The notes under the pieces: generated by a model
Seen by the model: the letters and a program-made list of their open reading frames with translations, nothing else
Database searches by the model: none
Told to the model about the DNA's origin: nothing
Part shown: positions 47,086 to 59,165 of the stretch, piece by piece
Layout: each line of letters starts with the position of its first letter
Numbering within the stretch: the stretch's first letter is position 1
Assembly: GCA_964658305.1 (NCBI GenBank)
Contig: OZ210885.1
Location: 22,568,001 to 22,632,000 of the forward strand
From: Leptogorgia sarmentosa
Lineage: Eukaryota
DNA: 64,000 nucleotides
Direction: 5' to 3'
Made by a program: the position numbers and the translations under genes

Positions 47086-48015
47086 ACAGAGTTAAGGCAG
47101 CAACTATCCATCCATTGTCCGTCCACTGTTCCCTTTTTGGAGTGGATTAAGAGGGAGTACGAAACTTTATCTGAATCTCCGCCATCAGTTAAAGCTTTAG
47201 TCCGTGCTATTGCCGCAAGTTCGCCCATCTGTGGTTTAATAAGACCTGATGAGAGCATTCACGGCATTATAAGAGAGATTATCGACGGTGTAAATCTGTT
47301 TGGTTCCCCATCCAAAGTAAAGCTTTTGCATGAGGAGTGCCCAGTTCTTTTTGCCGTCTTTCGCGATCTTACCCCCTCAGTTTTACCACATGTGTGGCGG
47401 CCGATATTCGAGGAATTGTTGAGAAAATCGCTGGCTCCTTTTCTTCATTGCAACTCAGCTCCATCAACGTCCCAAAATGATGTGGAAACCAATCTGTTGT
47501 CCTTCTTTCCGACCTTGCCGAAACGAAGGCCTTGCAATTTTTATTTAGCAGACGCAGCATGTCGAAAAGAAGATATATGTATGAAGAAACATCCTGGCCA
47601 TTCTTTTTTCCTGCCCGGAATATTCACGCTGTTTTGCCCACACGGTATTTCTATTCACATCTTGGTTAATTTTCTAGATTAGGTTTCAGTTCACGTCTCC
47701 ATACAATATCCCTAATTGTGTAGCGTGGATGAAATACAACAAAACACTACGGATCTAGACCAGCAACAGGTCGAAAAAAAAGCCAGGGATCAAGAAGGTG
47801 ATCTTCGTGAAGGAACATTATAATTTAAAATAGAAATTATCTTCTAATCCATATAAAAACCACATTATCTACTCAACTGTCAAGAATAAATGGAAAAGTG
47901 CAGTGATATATGTCTTTCATTTTATATCCATCTCCAACAGCCATTATCGTTCCGATTCCTAACAAAGCAAAGTTTGACGAAATTTAATCAGCCAACCTTG
48001 ATAAAATACGATCAT

Positions 48016-48534
48016 TACTGTTATGAACGGTGTTAGAGAAGTTGGTTAAATTATAGCAAAATTTCACCACATTTAACCAACCTTGATAAATTAAACGCCA
48101 CATCGTCAATGACTCGAAAAAACAAGGTTGCTTCTTCATATATCACTGTTATGAAGGGTGTTAGAGAAGTTAGTTAAATTATAGCAAAATTTCACCACAT
48201 TTAACCAACCTTGATAAATTAAACGCCACATCGTCAATGACTAAAAAAAACAAGGTTGCTTCTTCATATAACACTGTTATGAAGGGTGTTAGAGAAGTTG
48301 GTTAAATTATAGCAAAATTTCACCACATTTAACCAACCTTGATAAATTAAACGCCACATCGTCAATGACTCAAAAAAACAACGTTGTTTCTTCATATATC
48401 ACTGTTACGAACGGTGTTAGAGAAGTTGGTTTAAATATGGGAAAATTTCACCACATTTAACCAACCTTGATAAATTAAACGCCACATCGTCAATGACTCA
48501 AAAAAACAACGTTGCTTCTTCATATATCACTGTT
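48016..48534. repeat. Tandem repeat, 128-bp unit x4 plus a partial upstream copy
   Basis: (c/t)actgtt unit starts at 48016, 48144, 48272, 48400 and 48528. Confidence 0.95.
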
Positions 48535-48860
48535 CCGTCTTGTTTCGCAGCCGTCTGGATCTAATTCTCTTAACAACTCTTCAACTTTTTTGCGCGGTAG
48601 CATGTATCCTTCCCAGCAAAGAGTGTGCCATATACTCCGGTAACCATACATACTACCCGGCCCGTTAATTTCCTGCAATATTCATGCTCGAACCTCATCG
48701 TCATTGAAGATCACAGATTTCTGGGAAAGACCAAGCCTTTTCAGTCGGTTCTTTGAGGTACTCAAGCACATAGGAATTCCGTGAAATTTCGGCAAAAAAT
48801 CGATTATTCATAACCCTGTTTGAAATAATACTTGAGAGCTTGTGTCTCACTTGAAAGCAT
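48535..48860 (-). pseudogene. IS3EU-like integrase N-terminal remnant (not in the ORF track)
   Basis: Manual translation through stops and a frameshift: MLSSETQALKYYFKQGYE*..DFLPKFHGIPMCLSTSKNRLKRLGL...EINGPGSMYGYRSIWHTL...PRKKVEELLRELDPDGCETRR. Confidence 0.7.
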
Positions 48861-50028
48861 TGACAACTTCAGAATTCTGAACGCAGCAGCAGAAGTCCGG
48901 CATGGCGGGGCGGTCGATCCCTTATAGCACAGGTTTGTGTGTCTCCAGTATTCTTCTTTTCACCTAAAATGTGTCTTCTTCAGTCTTTAATACTTCATTT
49001 AGTCAACACTCGACTAAGTCTGAAATCTAAGCCATTTTTACACCAATAGTTTGCATATCTTGTGGTGAGGAATGGCAGTCACTCTTGCTCAAAATGTATA
49101 AAGCCGTGCCACAATTTCGTGCCATGTAGTGTCCCTGTAAAAGAAGAAGGATATGGAGTAGCATTCCTGTGTTCTAAGTGTCAGTGGCGTGCTGGCAGGG
49201 GGGGCTGGGGGCCATGGCCCCCTCAGTGAACTTTTTTATGGGGCGCCAAAGTTGCATAATGGTGCCATATTTGTCCCGAAATAGAAAAACAATTACAGAA
49301 ATTGTTATTGCTGTAGACATTCTTGATTTCAATTCAAATTGAAATTTTTAATTTGTTAATTTCATTAATCATTATAAGTTTTAACTTTGTACATGAAGGG
49401 AAATTAAATGACAGTCAAAGTCAAGACCTGAAATATCCAGAAAAGCAGCAAAGGCAAAGTAGTTTGCTTAGTTTTTTTGGTTGTAAACCAAGTGAACAAT
49501 CCCATAACCAAAAGAGGTCTTTATCTCCAGCCCCTTTACCTTTTTCTGAAAGTAAAATGGCTAAAACTGGACCAGGTACACTGATGCCCAAACGACCATC
49601 TCCCAAAGAACCCAGCATCTGTTTAACATGTTACAAGTGAGTCACTGTCACTGAGTTTGAAATTTAAAACAGCATGGTTCCCACTCTGCAGTATAGTTTT
49701 GTGCAGCAAATTTGACAAAACTTCACAGAAACTTGATGATACTAACATCATAGTATAATAATAATATAACACCAATCCTGCTATTTTTTTAGGAATGATA
49801 ATCATATGAACCCTTCCAAGTATTATTTATGTCGTAGTGACAAGAATACTAGCGACCTTAAGCAAACTGCGTCATCGCGATGACGACGACCACCCGGAAG
49901 TAAAGTTACTGTTTTTTGCTGAGTTCGCATATTTTATTATGAACTTGCGTTATCGTCGTCTCTGCGATGACTTGATTTTGCATGATTTCTCGTCGTCGCC
50001 ATTACGTGAAATTTGCTAACATTTTTAC

Positions 50029-51393
50029 ATGGCAATGGAATCTCCCAGTAACCCAGTAACCACTACCAGGTATTTATAAGTTTCATACGTCTATATTTAC
50101 TATTTATTTGCCTCCCGACTGTTACTAATTTGCAATTGAAATAGTTTACACTGTTTCGTTTATATTCTATAATTGTTTATCTTGTCGAGGTCAAATTTGA
50201 ATATTTTCTTCTTGTGCAAGACCAAACACATGAATAGCTAACTTCTGTATTGGATAGATATAAATATCTGTGTACTGATTTAGTCCCTTACACTGAATGA
50301 TGTGAATTATTGATTAAAATGCACCCAATATACATGTGATTATATTTATATTTAAGACACATATCATCAATTTTTCTAAACTAAACTCCCCTATGAGTAT
50401 TGATTTGTATTTATTTTTGGTCCCCCTCTTTTGGAATTTTTGCAGATTTTTAGTGAATTTGTAGCTTTCCCTGTAAAATTTCCACAGATTTGCCTTAAAA
50501 ATTGTGTGACATGTGTGTGTGTGTGTCTTTTGGAAATTTTGCATTCTTTAATAGAGGGGCAGGGGTTGGTTTAAAAAATGCAATGTCCCAACATCAAAAG
50601 TACTTGAATCACTCAATTGTAAGAATGTTTGACTTCAATTTTCTGCTGTTTTCGTCATAGTAAAGCCTGGTCTGAAGAGCATGATATGCTATTTCTCAGA
50701 GAGGTCCTTGTGAGTGACTTGTTTATGTACAGAAAGAGCAGTGTTGAACGTGGCCAAGTATGGGAAGATATTGCAGACAAGCTGAATGCTCTTGAATTCC
50801 CCAAATTTCATGTTAGTCAGCGTTATTTGAGGGATAAACTTAATAAACTGTTGAAGTGGTTTAAAAAGAAGGATCGCGAAGAAATAAGTGCATCAGGAAT
50901 TGACCCAGAATTGGATGAAAAATCGGAGTTATTGGAAGAGATACTGGAAAAGATGGAGTCCACAGTACCAATAAACCTTTCCAAAAAAAAGAAACATGAT
51001 GAAGATAAGCACACTGCTGAAGAATTCCGAAAGATGGCCATGGAAACCTTGGGAAATACCCAGAAGCGAAAGGGTGAAAATGCTGCAGAAAAAGGTGCCA
51101 CTAAGAAAAGAAGAAGTGGAAACGAGGCTGTGGAATTTCTGAAGGAAAGAACCCAGCAAGAATATGAATTAAGAAGAGCTGAAATTGAAGCAAGGAAGCA
51201 CTCAGATGAAGCCTCAAATAAACATTTGGAGCAGCAACAGCAATTCCAGGCAACCCTTGTGCAGTTGTTGGCGCAACAGCAACAAGACAATGCACGACAA
51301 CAAGAACAGCAACAGCAGCAGAATATGTTGATGATGCAACAGCAACAGCAAATATTGACATATTTACAACAGGTATCCAGAAAAACACAATGA
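50029..51393 (+). CDS. Harbinger 2 Myb/SANT-like partner protein with Q-rich tail (exons 50029-50069, 50661-51393)
   Basis: WSEEHDMLFLREV...ERGQVWEDIADKLN...LRDKL...EEISASGI; in-phase GT-AG splice. Confidence 0.85.
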
Positions 51394-51819
51394 AGTGACC
51401 TATGCACACAAACTGACTGTGTTAACTTGTCTGATATTTTCCTTGATCTTTATATTTAATTCACATTAATGGTTGGCAAATATGTAACAACTAAGGTTAG
51501 CAAAGTCCAGAAATAACTAGTAGCTTGCTTACTTACTAAGGATATTAAATGTTGGACTGGTAAGCATTGTTACTTGCTTGATGCCCTTAAGCTTCTTACT
51601 TAACTCCTAAATTGCTAACATTTATTTTTACCAACTGCTATACACCAACTAAGATTGATAAAGATAATATTTTTTAACTCACTGACACTGTAACTGTAAA
51701 AGAAGCTGTAAGTGCATTCCCCACCTCACTTGGTTTTTGCTGGACATTGTTGTGTAAAGTTTTAAAGTTATGTACGTTGTTATTTAACATGGAAGCACAT
51801 GTATTGTTTATATTGGCTT

Positions 51820-52995
51820 TCAAATGAAGTATTGTTGAAGTGTAGGTGGCTCAAGTTGAAAAAAAGTTGATGTTTGATTTCCATATAAACATGTGCGGGC
51901 ATTTTGCAGTAGTGCACATGTCAAATACATTTTACCTACACAGCTAAGGCCAATCTTTAAATTCTTTTTGAAATCAACAAATTTAAAGTAATTGATGATA
52001 TCTCCAAACAGCCATTCAACTGAGACTCTTGTGGAACTCATCAATGTATTAAAAAGCCTCATCTGTTGGGTTAATTGTGCAATGCGGTAAGGTGCTTGAA
52101 GATGAACCCTAAGTGGGTAAGCTGGGTCCCCATAGAGACACATTGGTTGGTGATTCATTGAGTGTGCATTTAATTCCAACTGTCCCATCAGACCTGACTC
52201 TGCCAACATTCCCGAATCATGCCTTTTGCCTTCTGTAGAAGAAGTAGTATAGTACTTAATTAAATTTCCTCTTTAAAGCAATGGTTAATTTCAGTAATGC
52301 AAGTCCGTTTTAATTAATAAGACTTTACACTAACCTACTGGTCCATACATATTGGCAATAAGACCATTTGGAATCACAACTGATTGGAACTTAATAGCAT
52401 GGACACGTTTGTGTCCATTATAAACTACACACTGATTCTTTCTTGGGCGAGAAATCGGTCTGACAGTTCCATCTATGAAACCAAAGCAGTTTTGTAATGG
52501 AGCGCCTTTATTATGAATTGCTTCAGCATACTGCTCAAGTGCTTGAGGGTGGAGAATGGTATGATTCCATTGTGTGAGCCGATGGCCATGAGTTTCGTAA
52601 AGGTGATTTATGACTTTGTTTGTGACCATACTCAACACTGGGACTGGACGAGCAAATCGAGGGATCATGTCACTGTAACAGCATGGATATGCCACTCTCT
52701 TTAGCAACATACACAACCCTTCTATGCCTCTCACTCGGCTTCTTTGCTCCGTAATGAAGTAAGCTGGGATTCTCAATGCTTCAGCGAGAAGTGGAATATG
52801 CTGCTTCTCAAATCGAAACTCTGCTAAGCATTCACTCTCGTCCATATCATCCAGGTTAAATGGCATATACTCGTCATATGGAAAATCTGGATTGCAAGAT
52901 TCATATTCATCAAGTAAAACAGCAAATTCCGCTGCCGATATATAACCTAATCCAAAACACAATGTAGCGAGCTCTCGAATTTCCCTAAAGTACAT
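51820..52995 (-). CDS. Harbinger 2 DDE transposase (exons 52995-52335, 52232-51820)
   Basis: GFIDGT, YNGHKRVH, GPV|EGKRHD, YGDPAY, RVSVEWLFG. Confidence 0.93.
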
Positions 52996-55051
52996 GTTCC
53001 GCTGTTTACATTTCAATACAATTTGACTGAATTTGAAAATGGCGCCATTTTTTATATATCTGGATTTTTCGTCGTCGTCATTTGCACATGCTTAACAAAT
53101 TATCAGCGATGACGCCACGACGTAGTGCCAGTCCCAATCTGCGTCATCTAACTTCGTCGTCATCGCAAAAACGCATTTGCTTAAGGTCGCTACTAAACAA
53201 CAGCATGTTGACACGGTACATAAAGGAGATGTTTTAGTTCAGTTTGTAACAATTGACCATGTTCAGGCAAAAGAGCCACTACGTTTATGTATAATGCTTG
53301 CCGAAAAAAAAGAAAAACTCCAGATGCTTTGCCACCAGTACCCAAGCCTGATCAGCTGCCCTCTAGCAGCTCTCAATGTCCACAACCAAAAGCAACATCA
53401 ACTGTTAATAGTGAGATATCAAACCAAACAAACATTCAGTCTGATACTATTGAAGGTCAAATGAAACACACAGGAATAGAAGAAAAGTTAGATAGTATCA
53501 TTGATATGTTGGACAAATTATCTGTAAAATTCGGTGACTCAGCATCTAACCCAAAACCAGCTTTCCCCGAATTGTCAGTTCTCATTAACGAACTGTCAAG
53601 TGATAGTGCTAATGCAAGCACATTGGATTGGAGTTCTGTTGATAACATTATAGACCTAACTGGTAAAATTGAATATATAAAATTCTTTGCCAGTACAGAT
53701 AACACAAAAGCTTGCATTCGCTGCCAGATGTGTTTTGATTACCTTTGCATGGAAGGTAGAGTACTTAGGAAATTGAAAGAGCAAGGTGTTACAGGCACTG
53801 ATAACCATGCTACTGATGCTCATATTAGAAAGTAAGTAGTATGCAGTACTGTTGAATGCCATACATGTTATAGAACTTCACCTTAGGGGTCGTTCAAACT
53901 GAGTGCCCGGCACCAGGCACGGTAGAACAGGATGTTCAGACCGGTTCCCAAAGCCTAGTATAATATTTGGCGGGAAATAGTTTCTTTTGTGCGCGAAAAA
54001 CCGTAAAGCATAAAAATATGCATGCAATGTGTTTTTCTCTCACAATTTTGTGTTTTTTCTGGATTCATATTCTTGTTAAAGTTTTATTATGGATCTGAGA
54101 GGTCACCTGGTGTACAACAAGAATGTTTAAATCAACTGATGATGATGTGCATTGCACATAACAACAATATATTCAGGTTGATTGCAATGAGAAATTCATA
54201 CGAAAGGACAGTATGGTCATTTTCAAGGATACAGGGAATTGTAGAGAATGAATACAGGCATTTTAACGATAGAAAGTGGCTTGAAAGTTATAGAGTTCCC
54301 AAGACAATCTTCTCTCAGCTTTGTACCTTTTTCAACAGTTTATGTGGTAAAACCACGCAAATGCGAAAACCTATACCTGTACAAGTCATCACTGCAATGG
54401 TTTTAAAAAGACTAGGTAAAGGTTTAGACTATCAAGAGATTGGTGATAAGTTCGGAGTTGGTGCATCAACTGCCAATGAGAAAGTAAACGATGCTATGGT
54501 ATTTCTTATAAAAAATAAACTACACACAATCAGTCGACTTCAAGAGCGTAGGAATTTGGCTGCAATTATTGGTGGCTTTCTAGAGAAATGGAATTTACCA
54601 CAATGTTTGGGCGCTATTGATGGCACACACATTCCAATTAAAGCACCAGAACATTGTCATACTGATTATTTTAATAGAAAGTGCTTTCATTCAATAATAG
54701 TGCAAGCTGTGTGTGATAGTGAGTGTCGTTTTACTGATGTTTTTGCTGGATGGCCAGGGAGGGCACATGATGCAAGAGTATTCAATGTATCAAAAATTGG
54801 TGGAATGGTAACAAATGGAATGTTGGTACCAGAAGAACAAGAATTGTCAAAAATCATTAATGGGAAAGTAATAGAACCATTTCTTATTGGTGACCCAGCC
54901 TATCCCCTCTCTAAAGACCTTATGAAGGACTATCCAGGTTCTAATCTATCACCTGAAAAAGAGTATTTTAACTACAGATTAAACAGGGCACGTATCCAAA
55001 TTGAAAGAGCTTTCGGAAAACTAAAAGGCAGATGGAGATGCCTTTTTAAAC

Positions 55052-58000
55052 AACAAGGGTGAATTTCGTTCTCGACCAATCAGCGCATTTGTTGACATTT
55101 TCGCGCTAAGCCAATCAGAACGCGTAAATCGCTATTTTGTAAACAAAGATGGGTACAGATATATACTTTACTCTTCGGCTTTGTTGCCATTGGAATCTTG
55201 ATATTTTATTCTGAAATTAGAATATGTTGTTTAGGAAAGATTTTCCTGCAATATTACTGTGGCGATTTGTAAATAATGGCGATTTTGGGGAGATATGCAC
55301 GTTCAAACTTTGCCTCGCGCAAGCATAAAATGCCCTTCGAATCCACCAACCTTTTGATATCTTAACTTATTAACTCGTTAATTTCCCGTGTCTAAACATG
55401 GATCTATTCACGATCACAGTGTCATGAGTCATGATATGCACTACATGACTAATGGATGCTTTGTTGGGAACTCCCGCCTCCCAGGATGTATCCCCAAACA
55501 ATCACAAGATATACGTTTTTAATAATATAATTCACCGTTCTCCCCTTCACAACAAAAACATCAACAACATATATTCCATGCACTGAATCACGCACGCTGC
55601 CGTGACGTCACTGTTCTAGTTTTGGTACTTCATGTTACAACGAAATCCCGGACAGCTTTTGCGAACGTTTCAATCGCTTTTATTTTGCGATGGAAAGCGA
55701 ACAATATTCTGAAACTCACCGAACTTCAAGACATCGAATCTCAAATCTCAAACCTATGCCAAGTTTACACCCACAATATCAAATTGAAGACATGAGGAAT
55801 TCTTAGCAAATCTTGCACACGCTTATGTCTGGAAGGTTGCACTGGAGATGAAACAAATTCCCACAGCCAAGAAAGACGCGCCATAATGTGCTTGTGTGAG
55901 TGCAATGGACGGCATCACACACTCTGGTTTAAATCACAGAGTAAGAATAAAGTAAGAATTGATCTATATATTTTTATTGTACTATTTTAGAGACAAGGAA
56001 AGAACAGTGCAGCTGTCATTCAGTTATAGAAAGTATATATTAGTAAAATTTAATGGACAAACTGAAATTCCCTATTCAGTTTTAAATTTGATGTTTTAAT
56101 TTTGCAAGCAATAACACATTAATATATTGCACTGCAATTTTATGACCAATTACATGTAACTTACTTTTGTGGATTTGGTGACATTTCCACTGAGGAAAAT
56201 CCAAGTGGGAGCACTCTGTTGGTTACAACTTGTTCACCAAATAAATTGGGTAAGACCCATCTGCTTATGTCCTTTCTCTGCCTGCACTGCATCCCGTGGT
56301 TGTTGGGTGGCTTGTCCTGAGTGGGAGTGGATTAGCTCAAACTTTTTAACTAAATGTTCTGCTGCTTTGGTTTTTAGACAATCAATCCGCTTTCTGCTGA
56401 AGTTAAATTTTCTGGGTGGGACAAATGATGACTGAAACTCCTGCATTTCTTTCTTGCATGCATCAATCTCTCTGGGATCAATTGACTTTAACACCACCCC
56501 ACGCGCATGGGTAGGGTATATTCACAAAATAAACCAGTCCCAAACCATATATCTGACCCTAACCACCAGTCCCAAACCATAACCATGTGGGGTGGCATTA
56601 AAGTCAATTGATCCCAGAGAGGTTGATGCATGCAAGAAAGAAATGCAGGAGTTTCAGTCATCATTTGTCCCACCCAGAAAATTTAACTTCAGCAGAAAGT
56701 GGATTGATTGTCTAAAAACCAAAGCAGCAGAATATTTAGTTAAAACGTTTGAGCTAATCCACTCCCAAGGACAAGCCACCCAACAACCACGGGATGCAGT
56801 GCAGGCAGAGGAAGGACATAAGCAGATGGGTCTTACCCAATTTATTTGGTAAACAAGTTGTAACCAACAGAGTGCTCCCACTCGGATTTTCCTCAGTGGA
56901 AATGTCACCAAATCCACAAAGGTAAGTTACATGTGATTGGTCATAATATAATTGCAGTGCAATATATTAATGTGTTATTGCTTGCAAAATTAAAACGTCA
57001 AATTTAAAACTAGATAGGGAATTTCAGTTTGTCCAATAAATTTTACTAATATATACTTTCTATAACTGAATGACAGCTGCACTGTTCTTTCCTTGTCTCT
57101 AAAATAGTACAATAAAAATATATAGATCAATTCTTACCTCATTCTTACTCTGTGATTTAAACCAGAGTGTGTGATGCCGTCCATTGCACTCACAGAAGCA
57201 CATTATGGCGCGTCTTTCTTGGCTGTGGGAATTCGTTTCATCTCCAGTGCTACCTTCCAGACATAAGCGTGTGCAAGATTTGCTAAGAATTCCTCATGTC
57301 TTCAATTTGATATCGTGGGTGAAAACTTGGCATAGGTTTGAGACTTTGAGATTCGATGTCTTGAAGTTCGGTGAGTTTCAGAATATCGTTCGCTTTCCTT
57401 CGCAAGATAAAAGCGATTGAAACGTTCGCAAAAGCATCCGTTAGTCATGTAGTGCATATCATGACTCATGACACTGCGATCGTGAATTGATGCGTGTTTA
57501 GAAACGGGAAATGAACAAGTTAATAAGTTAAGATGTCAAAAGGTTGGTGGATTCGAAGGGCATTATTTATGCTTGCGCGAGGCAAAGTTTGGACGTGCAT
57601 ATCTCCCCAAAATCGCCATTATTTACAAATCGCCACGGTATTAGAAATACATATATGCAGCAACCCCTCGCCTTACTGACCAATTAATGCAACTATATTT
57701 TTGGAACATGAAGTACTTCGAAGGCCGCCTGAGGTTGTTGTCATGGCAACACGATTGGAAATTCATATTTCTGTATTTTTCTGAAAACAATCAAAATATC
57801 AGCTTTTATCCTTGTTTTATTGGCTTTTTTTTAATTTGGAAATCCATTTGTTAACCGTACGTTATTAGGAGTAATATAAACTTGAATTTGGTGCGAAATA
57901 CTACATTTATTTGCATAAAACGGTTTAATTAAGTCAGTCTTTGATATGAAACAATTTCCAACCAATGTTCGCTCGTGTTCTTTTGGGGTAAAGTTTGTAA

Positions 58001-58603
58001 ATATTTTGTGAAGTCCTTCCTTTAAAATGATAAACTTATACTCTGGAATTGAGCCGTGAATAGATTAAATGCGGCTATGGCGACCTTTCATACAAACAGT
58101 AGACTGTAGATATAGTAAATACGCAAAACAAAAGTTCACTGCTGACAAGATATTGACGAACTCATCTTGTGTTTCAATCCGTAGTCCCTTGTTCCCTTTT
58201 CTCAGCGTTTTATATCTTCTGAGAAGGCTTTTCAAGTCTTACAGCGTAGATCTTGTCAGTGATGACCACCCTTACACATTTTGCTCTTACACCTTGACCC
58301 AAAATGGCGGCCAAATCGAGCAACTTTGGATCCGCCATGCAGAATTATTACCCTCGCCCCGGGTAACGCCCGGACGGCGCTTTGCGCCGTGGATCGGGGA
58401 ATATTTAAGGAAAATCTTTCCTAAACAACATATTCTAATTTCAGAATAAAATATCAATATTCCAATGGCAACAAAGCCGAAGAGTAAAGTATATATCTGT
58501 ACCCATCTTTGTTTACAAAATAGCGATTTACGCGTTCTGATTGGCTTAGCGCAAAAATGTCAACAAATGCGCTGATTGGTCGAGAACGAAATTCACCCTT
58601 GTT
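55052..58603. mobile_element. Unclassified TIR element with a 9-bp TSD and a large internal palindrome
   Basis: ~160-bp near-perfect TIRs starting AACAAGGGTGAATTTCGTTCTCGACCAATCAGCGC; TSD TTTTTAAAC (55043-55051, 58604-58612). Confidence 0.92.
55258..57638. repeat. Long inverted duplication (arms ~55258-56500 and ~56588-57638, spacer ~90 bp)
   Basis: Mirror ORF pairs 56234..56497(-)/56592..56852(+) and 56169..56435(+)/56654..56917(-); arm ends gtggcgatttgtaaataatggcg / cgccattatttacaaatcgccac. Confidence 0.97.
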
Positions 58604-59165
58604 TTTTTAAACAATTAGAGTGCACTCTAGAAAATGCTGCCCACCATGTAATTGCTTCATGCATATCACACAATATATGTGAGGAGGGAGATGCTGAATA
58701 TTTGGAAGAATGGGACATTGTCACTGGTAATGAGTTAGATGGAAATTTCCCATTCCTGAATCAAGACGAACAGACAATAGCAGGACAAGAAGCAGAGGAA
58801 ACACGGCGATTACTCACTGAATATGTTTTACACAATTAGCAACTGATTTACAGAACAAACCTAACTTTGTCAGCATTACTGACATGTAATCAAAAACAAC
58901 ACTACTACTTAATAAAAACTGTTTTACAATTTAAAACCATTTTGATAACAATCAACTGTAATCATGACCTTGAATAAAGATAACATTTCCATGGTGTACA
59001 TGAAGGTAAAGAAACATTATCATAACAACAACATTGTACATATACTTGTTCATAAAATACTGTCTTTGAGATTGTATGCACTTAATTCAATCTAAACAAC
59101 TTTAAGATACTATAACAAAATAGCTAGTATAAAAGTTTTTACTAGTGGGTACAGTAATTGCTAAT

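Larger units (their letters stand above)
36801..47645 (+). pseudogene. Multi-exon KDZ-type (Kyakuja-Dileera-Zisupton / HMGXB3-like) transposase gene, interrupted by AcademX 2 and 3'-truncated
   Basis: SWIM-like and Cys clusters (38480-38940), AWYSFLGLLD...CAECGPEPDVVVCDATTVAFRK (39560-39685), CMKKHPGHSFFLPGIFTLFCPHG (47575-47645); frame reads DQQFT|ELRQQL across the AcademX insertion. Confidence 0.7.
49851..53191. mobile_element. PIF/Harbinger transposon 2, apparently intact
   Basis: TIR AGCGACCTTAAGCAAA; 3-bp TSD ACT; two convergent spliced genes. Confidence 0.95.
54022..58839 (+). pseudogene. Harbinger 3 transposase split by the insertion at 55052-58603
   Basis: GAIDGTHI, GRAHDARV, GDPAY, IERAFGKLKGRWRCLFK|QLEC...SCISHNICE. 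Confidence 0.93.

Noticed and set aside
48016..48534. Possible CRISPR array
   Set aside because: The 128-bp units are contiguous with no unique spacers, there are no cas genes, and the context is eukaryotic.
50823..51409. Poly-Cys ORFs on the minus strand
   Set aside because: Antisense of the poly-Gln tail of the Myb-like gene.
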